DNA of 32,000 nt from Halogeometricum borinquense DSM 11551 (GCF_000172995.2 NC_014735.1:210001-242000); one strand, 5' to 3'; positions 8,391 through 18,241 are shown, counted from the first letter of the stretch. Notes: a model not told the origin generated them from the letters alone. Program-made: numbers and translations.

Positions 8391-9542
8391 ATGAACCTCG
8401 CCTTCGTCTCGAACGTCGTCTACCCCTTCGTAACCGGCGGTGCAGAAAAACGCATCCACGAAATCGGGACTCGTCTCGCCGCCCGAGGCCACGACGTAAC
8501 CATCTACGGGCGGCATTTCTGGGACGGCCCGAAAGAGACCACCCACGAAGGCGTCACGCTCCGCGCCGTCGCCCCGGGGACCGACCTCTACACGGATGAT
8601 CGGCGCTCGATCACCGAAGCAATCGATTTCGCCGCCCGTCTCGCCTACCCGTTGTCGAAGCAACTCCGCAGGAACGAACACGACCTCGTCGTCGCCTCTG
8701 TCTTCCCGTACTTTCCCGTTCTCTCTGCGAAACTCGCTGCACTGGGAACCGAGACACCGATTGTCTCCACGTGGCACGAGGTATGGCGCGACTATTGGGA
8801 TGACTACCTCGGAACGCTCGCCCCGTTCGGGAAGGTTGTCGAACATCTCACAGCGCGGACGCCCCAGCATCCAATCGCTGTCTCGGGAATCACGGCCGAC
8901 CGTCTCACGGAAATCGGTCCGTCGCGCGACGATATCGAAGTCGTCCCGAACGGTATCGATGTCGAGCAGATACGCAACGCTCCACTCCCCGAGGAGAACG
9001 GCGAGAGCGGGTATGATGTACTCTTTGCCGGACGACTCATCGCCGACAAGAACGTCTCCGTACTCATCGATGCCTTTGACTCGGTCGCCGAGAGTCACGA
9101 CGCAACACTCGGTATCATCGGGGATGGTCTGGAGTTCGACCGCCTCCAGCGTCAAGCACAGCGTATCGATCATGCCGACCGAGTAACCTTCCTCGGATTT
9201 CTCGATGCGTACGAAGACGTGCTGGGACACATGCGTGCAGCAGACGTGTTCGCCTCGCCGTCAACGCGCGAAGGATTTGGAATCACCTATGCCGAGGCGA
9301 TGGCAGCAGACTGCACTGTTATCGGAGCAACCCATCCCGAGTCAGCAGCGAGCGAAGTCATCGGTGACGCGGGCTATCTCGCCGAACCGACCGTCGAGTC
9401 CGTCGCTGAATCGCTAGCGCGTGCTCTCGAAGGGGACACTCCACCAACGGATCCGCTCGAACGAGCAACCCGATTCGATTGGGATACCGTGGCCGAACTG
9501 GCAGAGAGTGCTTACGAGCGTGCGATGCGTGGTTCGTGGTGA
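8391..9542 (+). CDS. GT4 glycosyltransferase (GC-rich, 'native' composition)
   Basis: ATG at 8391. FVSNVVYPFVTGGAEKRIHEIGTRLAARGHDVT and EGFGITYAEAMAADCTVIG (E-x7-E). Confidence 0.85.
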   Translation: MNLAFVSNVVYPFVTGGAEKRIHEIGTRLAARGHDVTIYGRHFWDGPKETTHEGVTLRAVAPGTDLYTDDRRSITEAIDFAARLAYPLSKQLRRNEHDLVVASVFPYFPVLSAKLAALGTETPIVSTWHEVWRDYWDDYLGTLAPFGKVVEHLTARTPQHPIAVSGITADRLTEIGPSRDDIEVVPNGIDVEQIRNAPLPEENGESGYDVLFAGRLIADKNVSVLIDAFDSVAESHDATLGIIGDGLEFDRLQRQAQRIDHADRVTFLGFLDAYEDVLGHMRAADVFASPSTREGFGITYAEAMAADCTVIGATHPESAASEVIGDAGYLAEPTVESVAESLARALEGDTPPTDPLERATRFDWDTVAELAESAYERAMRGSW

Positions 9543-9731
9543 ATTGAGGAGCCGTGCGTTCTAGTTGGCCTGTCTCCCGGACGACTTCGTCTCTTCGCCC
9601 CGTACTCTCGAACTTGTTGCTCACCGTTACTATCAGGCAGAAACCAAAGCCTACAGCGGGATCGACCCAACAGGGTATCGAAAATGTGAGCGGTGATAAG
9701 ACCTATACAAGACCACCACACAGTAGCCAGT

Positions 9732-10463
9732 ATGAAAGCAGTTGTCTTAGCTGGTGGTGAAGGGACGCGTCTCCGCCCACTTACTGAAGATAAGCCGAAG
9801 GGAATGGTCGAAGTCAATGAGAAGCCTATCCTGACACATTGCTTTGAACAACTCGCCGAACTCGGCGCTGACGAACTCGTTGTCGTCGTCGGCTATCTCA
9901 AAGAGCGAATCATCGAGTACTACGGCGATGAATTTCAGGGAATCCCGATTACGTACGCGCACCAGCGAGAACAAAAGGGACTCGCACATGCGCTGCTCAC
10001 CGTCGAAGAGCACATCGATGACGATTTCATGCTCATGCTCGGCGACAACATCTTCAATGCGAACCTCACCGATGTAGTCAACCGCCAGCAGGAACAACGC
10101 GCTGATGCAGCCTTCCTTGTCGAAGAAGTCCCGTGGGAGGAGGCATCTCGCTACGGCGTGTGTGACACGAACAAATACGGTGAGATCACCGATGTCGTCG
10201 AGAAGCCGGAGGACCCGCCGTCGAACCTCGTGATGACCGGATTCTACACGTTTACGCCTGAAATATTCCATGCGTGCCACCTCGTTCAGCCGTCGAATCG
10301 AAATGAGTACGAGATCAGCGAGGCGATTGACCTGCTGATCCACAGTGGACGGACGATCGACGCAATCGGAATCAAAGGATGGCGGATCGATATCGGCTAT
10401 CCAGAGGACCGCGACGAAGCCGAAAAACGGCTTAGTAACGAACCGGTAGCGGAAGCACAGTAG
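9732..10463 (+). CDS. Sugar-1-phosphate nucleotidyltransferase (RmlA / glucose-1-P thymidylyl- or uridylyltransferase family)
   Basis: MKAVVLAGGEGTRLRPLTEDKPKGMVEV matches the signature G-x-G-T-R-L-x-P-L-T-x-x-x-P-K. ATG at 9732; the track ORF begins at an upstream GTG at 9693. Confidence 0.9.
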   Translation: MKAVVLAGGEGTRLRPLTEDKPKGMVEVNEKPILTHCFEQLAELGADELVVVVGYLKERIIEYYGDEFQGIPITYAHQREQKGLAHALLTVEEHIDDDFMLMLGDNIFNANLTDVVNRQQEQRADAAFLVEEVPWEEASRYGVCDTNKYGEITDVVEKPEDPPSNLVMTGFYTFTPEIFHACHLVQPSNRNEYEISEAIDLLIHSGRTIDAIGIKGWRIDIGYPEDRDEAEKRLSNEPVAEAQ

Positions 10464-10604
10464 TTCTCTCGAAGGGAGACACGACGATAGCCCGACTTCG
10501 GGTCTCGAAGTTCGTCTCCGTCCTTCGTAAGCAACGGTTCACCACGTCTCCGTAGTCTCTTGCTATCGACCACAGAAACGCGAATCGAAAAACGGGAGGG
10601 CTGT

Positions 10605-11417
10605 TCAGCGACGAACGCGGAGGCGGATTCCGACCACCACGACGAGCGTTGCGAGTACCGTCACCGCGATTCCGAATCCGGGAGTGGAACTGCTCGTCCC
10701 CTGTCCACCGTCACTGGTGTTGGTCGCTGCCGTGTTCTCACGACCGTCACTTTCGCCATCACTGTTGCCGCGATCACCGTCATCGCCGTTGTCGCTACTG
10801 TCACTATTATCACCACCACTGCCGCTGTCATCGTCGTTCGCCTTCGTGTCAGTCGTGGTCGTGACCGATTCAGTCCCCGTTCCCGGGCCTGCCGGAGACG
10901 AATTCGTCGTCTCCGGTGACGAGTCGCCGGTCGGATCCGATTGGTCGCCCGTTTCGGTTCCACCGCCGTCATTCTCACCTGCTCCATCGTCTCCGCCACC
11001 GGTCCCGTTATCACCGCCAGCGGCACTCTCAGGCGCGCTGAGGGCGAGTTCGGTGACGTTTCCGGACGACCACTCGGCGGTTGGTGTCGCCCGCTCGCCG
11101 TTCACGTAGAACGTGACAGTCGCTCCGTCGTCGCCGCTGGTTCCGTTGACGACGAGTTTCTCTGCGGCGGCGCTCGCACCGCCGTACACACCCGAATCGT
11201 CGGTGACGAGGGTGCCTCGGCGTTCGCCGTCGATTTCGGCTGTAATTTCGGTTCCGGCGGGGGCGGGTTCGCCGCCGATAGTCACGGTTCCGTAATACGC
11301 TGCTGGCGTCGGTGGCGGGTTATTCTCCTGTGCGGATGCGACCGGCGCGATGCTGGCCGCACACAGTACTACGCTCGTGATCACAAGTACCGCACCGATT
11401 CGAGTGAGTCGAGTCAT
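10605..11417 (-). CDS. Secreted surface protein with PGF-CTERM sorting signal (predicted archaeosortase A substrate)
   Basis: Signal peptide MTRLTRIGAVLVITSVVLCAASIAPVASA, a ~100-aa beta-rich domain, and a long G/D/T/S low-complexity linker. The C-terminus is TPGFGIAVTVLATLVVVVGIRLRVRR (PGF motif, TM helix, basic tail). Confidence 0.8.
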   Translation of the reverse strand: MTRLTRIGAVLVITSVVLCAASIAPVASAQENNPPPTPAAYYGTVTIGGEPAPAGTEITAEIDGERRGTLVTDDSGVYGGASAAAEKLVVNGTSGDDGATVTFYVNGERATPTAEWSSGNVTELALSAPESAAGGDNGTGGGDDGAGENDGGGTETGDQSDPTGDSSPETTNSSPAGPGTGTESVTTTTDTKANDDDSGSGGDNSDSSDNGDDGDRGNSDGESDGRENTAATNTSDGGQGTSSSTPGFGIAVTVLATLVVVVGIRLRVRR

Positions 11418-11456
11418 ATCTCTTGTTGTATCGATAAATACGGTTGCGTCGGGCCG

Positions 11457-14400
11457 TCAGCCCGTGATCGAAGGCGCTGTGGCGTTCGATGCTTGGCTGT
11501 CGGCCTGCTCGTTCAGCCCCGCTGCTCCCGTCCGGGTTCCGTTTCCACGAATCCGTTCGAGGGCGTCTGCGGTCGCGTTCGCAACGAGCGCTTCGTGTTC
11601 ATCCGGAGCGTCAGCGATAATCGCGTCGGCAGTTTCGTTGAGGGTCGTCTGCGAAGCTTTCTCTCCGCGAACCGCGCTGTTGAGGTCGCGGTAGATGAGT
11701 TGCGAAAGCGCCAGCCGAGCAGCCGCACGGTCCATCTCGTCGGTGCGTGAAAGCACAGCGTCGACCGATACCGTCCCGTTCGTCGTCGCAGAGGCGTTCG
11801 CACTCGCGTTGATCGGGTACAGTCCGATACCCTCGTACAACTCGGTGGCCGACGGGTTCGGGACGACGTACGACGGGAGGGTACTCTCCGCCTCGACGAA
11901 GACGAAGTAGCCCTCGTACGCGCTCACGTCCGGTGGCGTGCTCGTCCCGTCGAACCGGTAGACACCGTCGAACCCGCTACTCGACCCGGGCTGACTGCTC
12001 GGCGCGTCGAACGGAGCCATGGCAAGCCCCGGATCGACGGTCTCGACGTTGAGTCCCGATTCGAGGTCGCCGTACTCGGGTGATCCGACGAAGTTCCAGC
12101 CCTCGGTGAGCGTCCGTTGACCCGGCGCGCTCGGCTGATTCGATCCGACGAAGTGAGTCACGGTCATCCGACCGTCGCTTTCGGCGACCACGGCGAGTCC
12201 CTGTAGAGCGGCAATCTCGTCGTCGCCGGACAACTGCGTCCACGACTGGTCGCTCGCGTCGAAACCGTACACGACACCGCGGAACTCGTCGTCGAAGAGG
12301 TCGGAGACGGTCTGTCTCGTCGTTCCGGGGACGCTCACTCCGTAGACGTTTCCGGCTTCGAGCGTCAAGTCAACGCCAATCTGCTGTGGCGTGTCGGTAT
12401 CGACATCCTCGGGTGGTGCCGTCAGGAACGGTTCGTACGTTACGTCTCCGGAGACGAACGACTCGTTCCCGCTTCGTTCTCCGTGATAGTTCATCGTCGC
12501 TCGGAGCGACCCGTCGAGGCCGTTTCCGACCGAGACGTTCGTCGCTGCGAGGTCGTTGTGCTTGATCTCAATCGCGGGTGCATCCCCGCGTTCGACCCAG
12601 ACGCCGTACTCTGTGTCGATGTCGTTGCCGACGATTTCGCCGCCGGTGTTCGTCCCTTCGACGTAGATCCCTTCCGAGAGGTTCCAGATCTCGTTATCTT
12701 CGATTGTCGCGGATGTCACAAACGCTTCGAGCTGGATTCCCACGGTGTTCGTCGCTGACTCGTCCATGTCGTGAATTTCGTTCCCGACGAATCGGACGTT
12801 GTCAGTCTCGAACGTCGTGAGTCCGGTCCCGCTGTCGGTGATGGTGCTGTTTTCGATGACCGTCCCAGATGACGTGTAGACATCGGCTCCGGAATCCTGA
12901 CCGGAGATTGTCGCGTTGTACACGTGCGCGTTATCGGCTTCACCGACGGTGACCCCGATTGCGAGCAGGTCTGCTCCGTCGGAGATATTGACATCGTGTA
13001 CGACGGCATCGTCCGCAGTAGAGCCAGCCCCGCCGATGAGCACGCCGTGTGACGTGCCGCTCACGGAGACGTGTCGAATCGTTGCGTTGGACCGCTCGAC
13101 TGCGATGCCGTCGGGCGCGATTCCGTCCGCGACGACGTTGAGGTGTTCGACCGTCACGTTCGGTGCATCGACGTGGACTACCGGGTCGTAGAACCCCCAG
13201 ACCCGCGTGTCGATAGTCGGCCGCTCCTCATCGTGTGCTGTCAGTGTGATCCCCGGAGTCGTAATCGTCACGCGATTCGTGTACGTGCCGGTTGCGACTT
13301 CGACGGTCGTTCCTGCGGGTGCGAGGTTGACCGCTCTCTGGATCGTTTTTACGTCCTCGGGAACGACCAGCGGCTTCTCGTAGACTGCGGTTTCCCCGCT
13401 CAGCAGCTCGACTGTGTCGTTGCTACTCTCGGCCGCAATCGAGAGCCCGACCGTTCCGACAATCCCAGTCGATGTGTTGACCGCAACCGTGACGTTGTCT
13501 GCACTATCGTTGATGTCGTACGACTCGCCGAACTCGCGTTCGGTTCCGTTGATCGAGAGCGTGAGGTCCGACTCGCTCAGCATCATCGAATCCGCGAGCG
13601 TGACGTTGAGACGTCGGAGGTCGTCGGCCGCAACGTCAACCGCGAAGGACTCACCCGGTGTGACGTGCTTGGGTTGTGACGACTCGAGCCACGCTGGCGG
13701 GAGCGAATTCACGTACGTGACCGCGTTTCCGAGGAGTGCGTCGGCGTCATCGTTCACATATCTGTTCTGCACCGTCGATGTTCGCCCGAGCGACGAGAGG
13801 AGGACGGTCTGTTTCGACTCGTCGATGGCGACTCCGGTTCCGATATCTGCTCCGTTATCGCTGGCCACTGCGAGCGTCGTCCCCCTGAATCGCTCGAACC
13901 ACGCGATATCACCGCGCGACTGGTTGTGAATCGTAATCGATTCGCCACGGGCCGCGATGCCGTCGAATATCGAATGGTTCGCGACAACCTCGTACGTTGG
14001 CTGGTCGGTTTCGGTTGTCTGCCCCGTGACGACTGGGTTCTGTGTCGCATCTGAGAGTGCCGTGATTCCGTTGCTGGCCGCGCCCCATTGATCGAGATAG
14101 ACGACGCCAGTTTCCGGACCGCTCGTCGCCTCGACGAACGATTGCAGGTTGACGTTCGAGTTGACCTGGTGGACGACGAAGACGTCGTACTCGTCTGTGT
14201 TCGCCATCGCTTCCCGCGGTGAGATGATAGAGACGAAGTACTCTCTGGGGACGTTTGCTTCGATAGCTGCCCTGATCTGTTCGGCGTATTCTGACCCCGT
14301 GCTATCGACGACGGTGACGTACGTCGGATCGGAGACGATTTCGGTCGGTCCGGTCGTGAACGTAGTCGTCTCCCCTAGTCCGGATATCGTGTGTTTGAGC

Positions 14401-16925
14401 GCCAGCGTCCCGGTAGAACCGGCCTCGGTTTCGACGCGTACCTGTACTCTGGTGTCGTCGGAGGCGTTAATCGAGACCGACTCCCCGAATGCACGCTCTT
14501 TGCCGTTGATGTAGAGTGTCGCGTTCCCGCTGGTGTCCCCTGTACGACTCACGGTGAGCGTTTCCGCGTGCGCCGTTCGGTACGTCACGGAGGCGGCGGT
14601 GCCGGCTTTGACCTTGCCGTTTTGCGGACTGGTGATTTCAGCCGCCAACGCCGGCTTGAGGCTCACGTCGTGGGTCGTCATCGAACCCCCGGTAACGGTG
14701 ACCGTGGCTGTCGAGGACGCGTATCCGAACTCGGAGACTGTCGTGTTGTACGTGCCCGAGAGCGTCCGAATGAGGTAGTCGCCGTTCGCATCCGTCGCGG
14801 TTGCAGCACCGCTGTCGAGACGGACCGAAGCACCGGAAAGCGGTTCGCCACCGGTATTCGAGATCGACCCCGAGATGCCCTGTTCGGCAGCGACTGCCGT
14901 GGTTGCGTCGAGGGCGTCGATGATTCCGTTTCCGTACCGAATGTCCTTCTTCGCCGGAGCGTCATCGGGTTTCGTCGCCGACTTTCTGAGTGCTGTTCTG
15001 ATCTCTTCCGGGGAGGCGTCACCGCCGGATGCGGACACCATCAGTGCGACGACACCGGAGACATGCGGTGTCGCCATCGAGGTCCCGGACTTTTCACCGT
15101 ATTTCCCGCCTGGCAGGGTGCTGTAGGTATCCACACCGGGTGCTGCGATGTCCGGCATGACGTACTCGTCTGGCCAGTCTGACGGGGCGGCGTCACCCCA
15201 GTCGCGCTCAGTTCGGACGACATCGCCGCTTGAGAAGGGCGCGATATCGCGGTTCGGGCCGGACGCGCCGACCGTGAGTGAGTCGTAGATGCTTCCCGGT
15301 GAGGGTGCTGTCTCGGGACCGTGATTCCCGGCCGCTGCGACGACGACCGTCCCAGCGTCCTCAGCGTTCCGTATCGGCGTCACAAGCGTGCTGTAGAAGC
15401 CGTCGGCTCCCAGGCTCATGCTGATGACGTCGGCGTCCTCTTCGACGGCCCACTGCATTCCACCGATAATCTGCGCGAACGATCCCGTTCCGTCGGGAAG
15501 CACCAGTCCGTGCATCATGTCCGCGTCGGGCGCGACGCCGATTGCCTTCCCGCTCGCCGTACCACCGGCGACAGTTCCGGAGACGTGTGTTCCGTGACCG
15601 CTGGTCGCGTGCGGTGTCGATCCCGTGACTCGGTCACCGTTCGTGTCGAATTCAGCCCACCCGCCGGGGTAGGTATCGTTTCCGGGATCCTCGGTGTACA
15701 GCTCTAAGTCGGGGTGGCCGACATCGATTCCGGTGTCGAGAACGGCGACTTTCGCACCAGCGCCCTTCGTCCCGTGCTTTGCCCAGACGGCCGGGACGTT
15801 GAGTTGGTCGAGTCCGTAGGTTACCTCGGTCGTAGCCGGTGTAGACGCAGTGGTTGCTCCGGACGCCGTGGTGTTATTCCGACTCGCCGCGGTTGAGAGC
15901 GCCCGCACCTCGAAGTTCTTGTGGATGCCTGTGACGCCCGGTTGGCCGACGAGTTTGCTCGCGTTGGTTTTTGCCGTATCCACTCGCAAGAGCAGTGCGT
16001 TCGTCAGCCAGTATCTGTTGAGGACGGTTACGCCGTCGGTCGATTCAGCGTAGTCGATGACCGGCTGTTGGGACGTTTCGGCGTGTGCCTTCAGTTTCTC
16101 GACCACCGTCTCCTGTGACATGGTCGATACCGTCGGGACCTCGAACTCCTCGACGCGGACGATCACCTCTACGCTACTGGACGCGTTCGCGGCCCAACTC
16201 TCGACGACGGTGCGGTTCGCCGCCGTCGCGTTGGTTTGTGTTTCGTTCGTACGTTTGCCTGCGCTGGTACTGTTCGTCCCGTCAGTACTGTTTTCGCTCG
16301 GGGTTGCAGTCCCCGTGCCCGGAGTTGTCGCGTTGTCGTTAGTGCCATCGGGCGTTGTTGCATTGCTGTCAGTACCGTCCGGCGTGGTTGAATTGTCGTT
16401 AGTGCCGTCAGGTGTTGTTGCATTGTTGTCAGTGCCGTCCGGCGTGGTTGAATTGTCGTTGGTACCATCAGGCGTCGTTGTGTCGTCGTCGGTTCCGTCC
16501 GGCGTTGTTACGGTATCATTGCCACCGTCTGGTGTCGTTGCGTTGCCGTTGGGACCATCGGGTGTCGTCGTATTCTCATCGGTGCCGTCAGGTACGGCTG
16601 AATTGCCGTTCCCATCAGATGCGCTTGAATTGTCGTTGGTCCCCTCAGGCGCGGTTGTACTGTCGCTAGTGCCTTCGGGCGTTGCCTCACCATTGGTATC
16701 TCCCGGTGTACTCGAACTGTCGTCGGTGTTAGTTGCTGAGGCACGCATGGCCGACAACGCTCCCCCGTTGGATTCGCCGCTAACCGACCCGATTTCGTCA
16801 GCTATTGCTCCGTGTTCCGCTGTCATCGTCGCGCCTACTGCGGGTGCCACCGTCCCGGTGACTGTCAGCACCGCAAACACGAGAGCGAGAACGCGTGTAA
16901 TTGATCTCGCGTTACTCATCGTCAT
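11457..16925 (-). CDS. Very large secreted subtilisin-like serine protease (S8). Domain order: signal peptide, 13 x 10-aa repeats, I9-like propeptide, S8 catalytic domain, carboxypeptidase-regulatory-like domain, right-handed beta-helix (NosD/pectin-lyase-like) region.
   Basis: Catalytic triad motifs are VAVLDTGID (Asp codon 15735-15737), GHGTHVSGTVAG (His codon 15594-15596) and SGTSMATPHVSGVVAL (Ser codon 15078-15080). The I9-like segment reads VEVIVRVEE...VLNRYWLTNALLLRV. The beta-helix region reads VTVEHLNVVADGIAPDGIAVERSNATIRHVSVSG.... Sec-type signal MTMSNARSITRVLALVFAVLTVTGTVAPAVGA. No C-terminal anchor was seen. Confidence 0.9.
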   Translation of the reverse strand: MTMSNARSITRVLALVFAVLTVTGTVAPAVGATMTAEHGAIADEIGSVSGESNGGALSAMRASATNTDDSSSTPGDTNGEATPEGTSDSTTAPEGTNDNSSASDGNGNSAVPDGTDENTTTPDGPNGNATTPDGGNDTVTTPDGTDDDTTTPDGTNDNSTTPDGTDNNATTPDGTNDNSTTPDGTDSNATTPDGTNDNATTPGTGTATPSENSTDGTNSTSAGKRTNETQTNATAANRTVVESWAANASSSVEVIVRVEEFEVPTVSTMSQETVVEKLKAHAETSQQPVIDYAESTDGVTVLNRYWLTNALLLRVDTAKTNASKLVGQPGVTGIHKNFEVRALSTAASRNNTTASGATTASTPATTEVTYGLDQLNVPAVWAKHGTKGAGAKVAVLDTGIDVGHPDLELYTEDPGNDTYPGGWAEFDTNGDRVTGSTPHATSGHGTHVSGTVAGGTASGKAIGVAPDADMMHGLVLPDGTGSFAQIIGGMQWAVEEDADVISMSLGADGFYSTLVTPIRNAEDAGTVVVAAAGNHGPETAPSPGSIYDSLTVGASGPNRDIAPFSSGDVVRTERDWGDAAPSDWPDEYVMPDIAAPGVDTYSTLPGGKYGEKSGTSMATPHVSGVVALMVSASGGDASPEEIRTALRKSATKPDDAPAKKDIRYGNGIIDALDATTAVAAEQGISGSISNTGGEPLSGASVRLDSGAATATDANGDYLIRTLSGTYNTTVSEFGYASSTATVTVTGGSMTTHDVSLKPALAAEITSPQNGKVKAGTAASVTYRTAHAETLTVSRTGDTSGNATLYINGKERAFGESVSINASDDTRVQVRVETEAGSTGTLALKHTISGLGETTTFTTGPTEIVSDPTYVTVVDSTGSEYAEQIRAAIEANVPREYFVSIISPREAMANTDEYDVFVVHQVNSNVNLQSFVEATSGPETGVVYLDQWGAASNGITALSDATQNPVVTGQTTETDQPTYEVVANHSIFDGIAARGESITIHNQSRGDIAWFERFRGTTLAVASDNGADIGTGVAIDESKQTVLLSSLGRTSTVQNRYVNDDADALLGNAVTYVNSLPPAWLESSQPKHVTPGESFAVDVAADDLRRLNVTLADSMMLSESDLTLSINGTEREFGESYDINDSADNVTVAVNTSTGIVGTVGLSIAAESSNDTVELLSGETAVYEKPLVVPEDVKTIQRAVNLAPAGTTVEVATGTYTNRVTITTPGITLTAHDEERPTIDTRVWGFYDPVVHVDAPNVTVEHLNVVADGIAPDGIAVERSNATIRHVSVSGTSHGVLIGGAGSTADDAVVHDVNISDGADLLAIGVTVGEADNAHVYNATISGQDSGADVYTSSGTVIENSTITDSGTGLTTFETDNVRFVGNEIHDMDESATNTVGIQLEAFVTSATIEDNEIWNLSEGIYVEGTNTGGEIVGNDIDTEYGVWVERGDAPAIEIKHNDLAATNVSVGNGLDGSLRATMNYHGERSGNESFVSGDVTYEPFLTAPPEDVDTDTPQQIGVDLTLEAGNVYGVSVPGTTRQTVSDLFDDEFRGVVYGFDASDQSWTQLSGDDEIAALQGLAVVAESDGRMTVTHFVGSNQPSAPGQRTLTEGWNFVGSPEYGDLESGLNVETVDPGLAMAPFDAPSSQPGSSSGFDGVYRFDGTSTPPDVSAYEGYFVFVEAESTLPSYVVPNPSATELYEGIGLYPINASANASATTNGTVSVDAVLSRTDEMDRAAARLALSQLIYRDLNSAVRGEKASQTTLNETADAIIADAPDEHEALVANATADALERIRGNGTRTGAAGLNEQADSQASNATAPSITG
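16320..16715 (-). repeat. In-frame 30-nt tandem repeat array (~13 copies) encoding the decapeptide T-P-D-G-T-N-D-N-S/A-T and variants
   Basis: Residues ~71-202 of the protease read TPGDTNGEA / TPEGTSDST / ... / TPDGTNDNST / TPDGTDNNAT / TPDGTNDNST / TPDGTDSNAT / TPDGTNDNAT. The 30-nt period is visible in the DNA, for example ggcgtggttgaattgtcgttagtgccgtca. Confidence 0.9.
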
Positions 16926-17323
16926 AGCCTCTCGAACGCAATTCGGCCGTTGCTGTCTCGCCCCGCGTTAGTAGGCATCGCGTTCCTCCGGCTCCCTTCT
17001 TGAACCAGTAATTCAGTTTGATTGTCATCTAACCTCATGGTTTTACCCAAGGCTTAACCTTAATAAATTTCCCGATCTTTAGGCTAGCCTAAAATAATGG
17101 GAGTTCTACAACATCCACTCTTCGTGCGTGTATGAGCGATAAGAATGATGGGTGAAATACAGTACCAGACGATCTGAGACGCTGGAATTTAGTGTTTGAT
17201 AGCGCGGTCCGGGAATCGATTTTTTGGGTCTTCGCTACTCGTGCAGATTCTGAGTACTAACTCGAATCCAAAATAATACTACGGGAGTGATACTTCGGGT
17301 TCCGCTCTGTCGCTTCCGCGTGC

Positions 17324-18241
17324 TTACTCGTCTAAATACGGCTCACACACGCGCTGAACTCCTTCCTCGAAGGATATCTCCGGTTCCCATCCCGTCGCCT
17401 CCTTCATCTTCGTCGGGTCGGCCATGGTGTCGTGAACGTACTCGTCGAGTGGGTTTTCGATGTACTTCGGTTCGACATCCGTGCCGAGTACTTCGTTTAT
17501 CATCGCCACCATCTCGTTGAAGCTGTAGCTCTCGCCTGTGCCGAGATTGTAGACGCCGTTGAGTTCGTGCTCGGCCGCCAACACCAAGCCGCGAACGATG
17601 TCATCTACGTGCGTGAAGTCGCGCGTCTGCGATCCGTCACCGAACAGTTCGGGTTGCTCGCCGTTCGCAATTTTCTCGGTGAACTGGGCGACCGTGTTTG
17701 CGTACTCGCCTTTGTGTTCTTCTGCGCCGCCGAACCCTTGATACACCGAGAAAAAGCGCATTCCGGCGAGCGTCAGGTCGTAGTGGTTGTAGAAGTACTC
17801 GGCGTACTGCTCGCGGGCGAGTTTCGACGCCTCGTACCCGGTTCGTGCTTCGATAGCCATCGATTCTGGCGACGGCTCGGTCCGAGAGCCGTATATCGAC
17901 GACGTCGATGCGTACACAACGGTTTCACAGCCGTCTTTGCGCGCCTGCTCGACCGTGTTCACGAATCCCTCGACGTTTACTCTCGCTCCCGTCGTCGGGT
18001 CCTGTTCGTGCATCTGGTAGGAAGAGAGTGCAGCGAGGTGGAACACAACGTCCACGTCGGTCGGCAAGTCCTCGTCGAGCACACTCGCATCGACAAATTC
18101 GACGCCCGAATCGAGATTCTCCGGCGTCCCGAGATAGCAGTCGTCGATAGCGATAACGTCGTTGTCCGGTGCCAGCGCGTTTGCGAGATTCGACCCGATA
18201 AATCCGGCCCCGCCCGTAACGAGGACCTGCTTGCCTTGCAT
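17324..18241 (-). CDS. NAD-dependent epimerase/dehydratase (UDP-sugar 4-epimerase family, SDR)
   Basis: VLVTGGAGFIGSNLANAL (Rossmann GxxGxxG), ASTSSIYG, and YEASKLAREQY (YxxxK). ATG at 18241; the track ORF starts at an upstream TTG at 18268. Confidence 0.9.
   Translation of the reverse strand: MQGKQVLVTGGAGFIGSNLANALAPDNDVIAIDDCYLGTPENLDSGVEFVDASVLDEDLPTDVDVVFHLAALSSYQMHEQDPTTGARVNVEGFVNTVEQARKDGCETVVYASTSSIYGSRTEPSPESMAIEARTGYEASKLAREQYAEYFYNHYDLTLAGMRFFSVYQGFGGAEEHKGEYANTVAQFTEKIANGEQPELFGDGSQTRDFTHVDDIVRGLVLAAEHELNGVYNLGTGESYSFNEMVAMINEVLGTDVEPKYIENPLDEYVHDTMADPTKMKEATGWEPEISFEEGVQRVCEPYLDE

Noticed and set aside
8379-9230. Long antisense or alternative-frame ORFs across the GC-rich part. 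Examples: 8379-9230(-), 8596-9186(+), 9747-10343(-), 10941-11750(+), 16057-16971(+), 17432-18340(+), 22516-23166(-), 25083-25871(-), 25886-26389(-), 29428-30063(-), 30782-31429(-).
   Set aside because: Each overlaps a gene on the other strand or frame that has clear family motifs or a signal peptide and the acidic composition expected for a haloarchaeon. The shadow ORFs are Arg/Ser/Pro/Val-rich and lack motifs. This is the usual artefact of high GC3 suppressing stop codons.
16320-16715. Possible CRISPR array, suggested by regularly spaced ~30-nt repeats
   Set aside because: The units are directly adjacent with no unique spacers. They are in frame and translate to a TPDGTNDNST decapeptide inside a long ORF with an upstream signal peptide. 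This is a coding tandem repeat, not a CRISPR array.
17078-17093. Perfect 16-nt palindrome TTTAGGCTAGCCTAAA, ~155 nt upstream of the protease start; also the 14-nt palindrome GGTTACCGGTAACC at 18527-18540
   Set aside because: About 0.5 perfect 16-nt palindromes and ~2 perfect 14-nt palindromes are expected by chance in 32 kb. There is only one copy of each and no second site. They may be operators, but the sequence alone does not support that.
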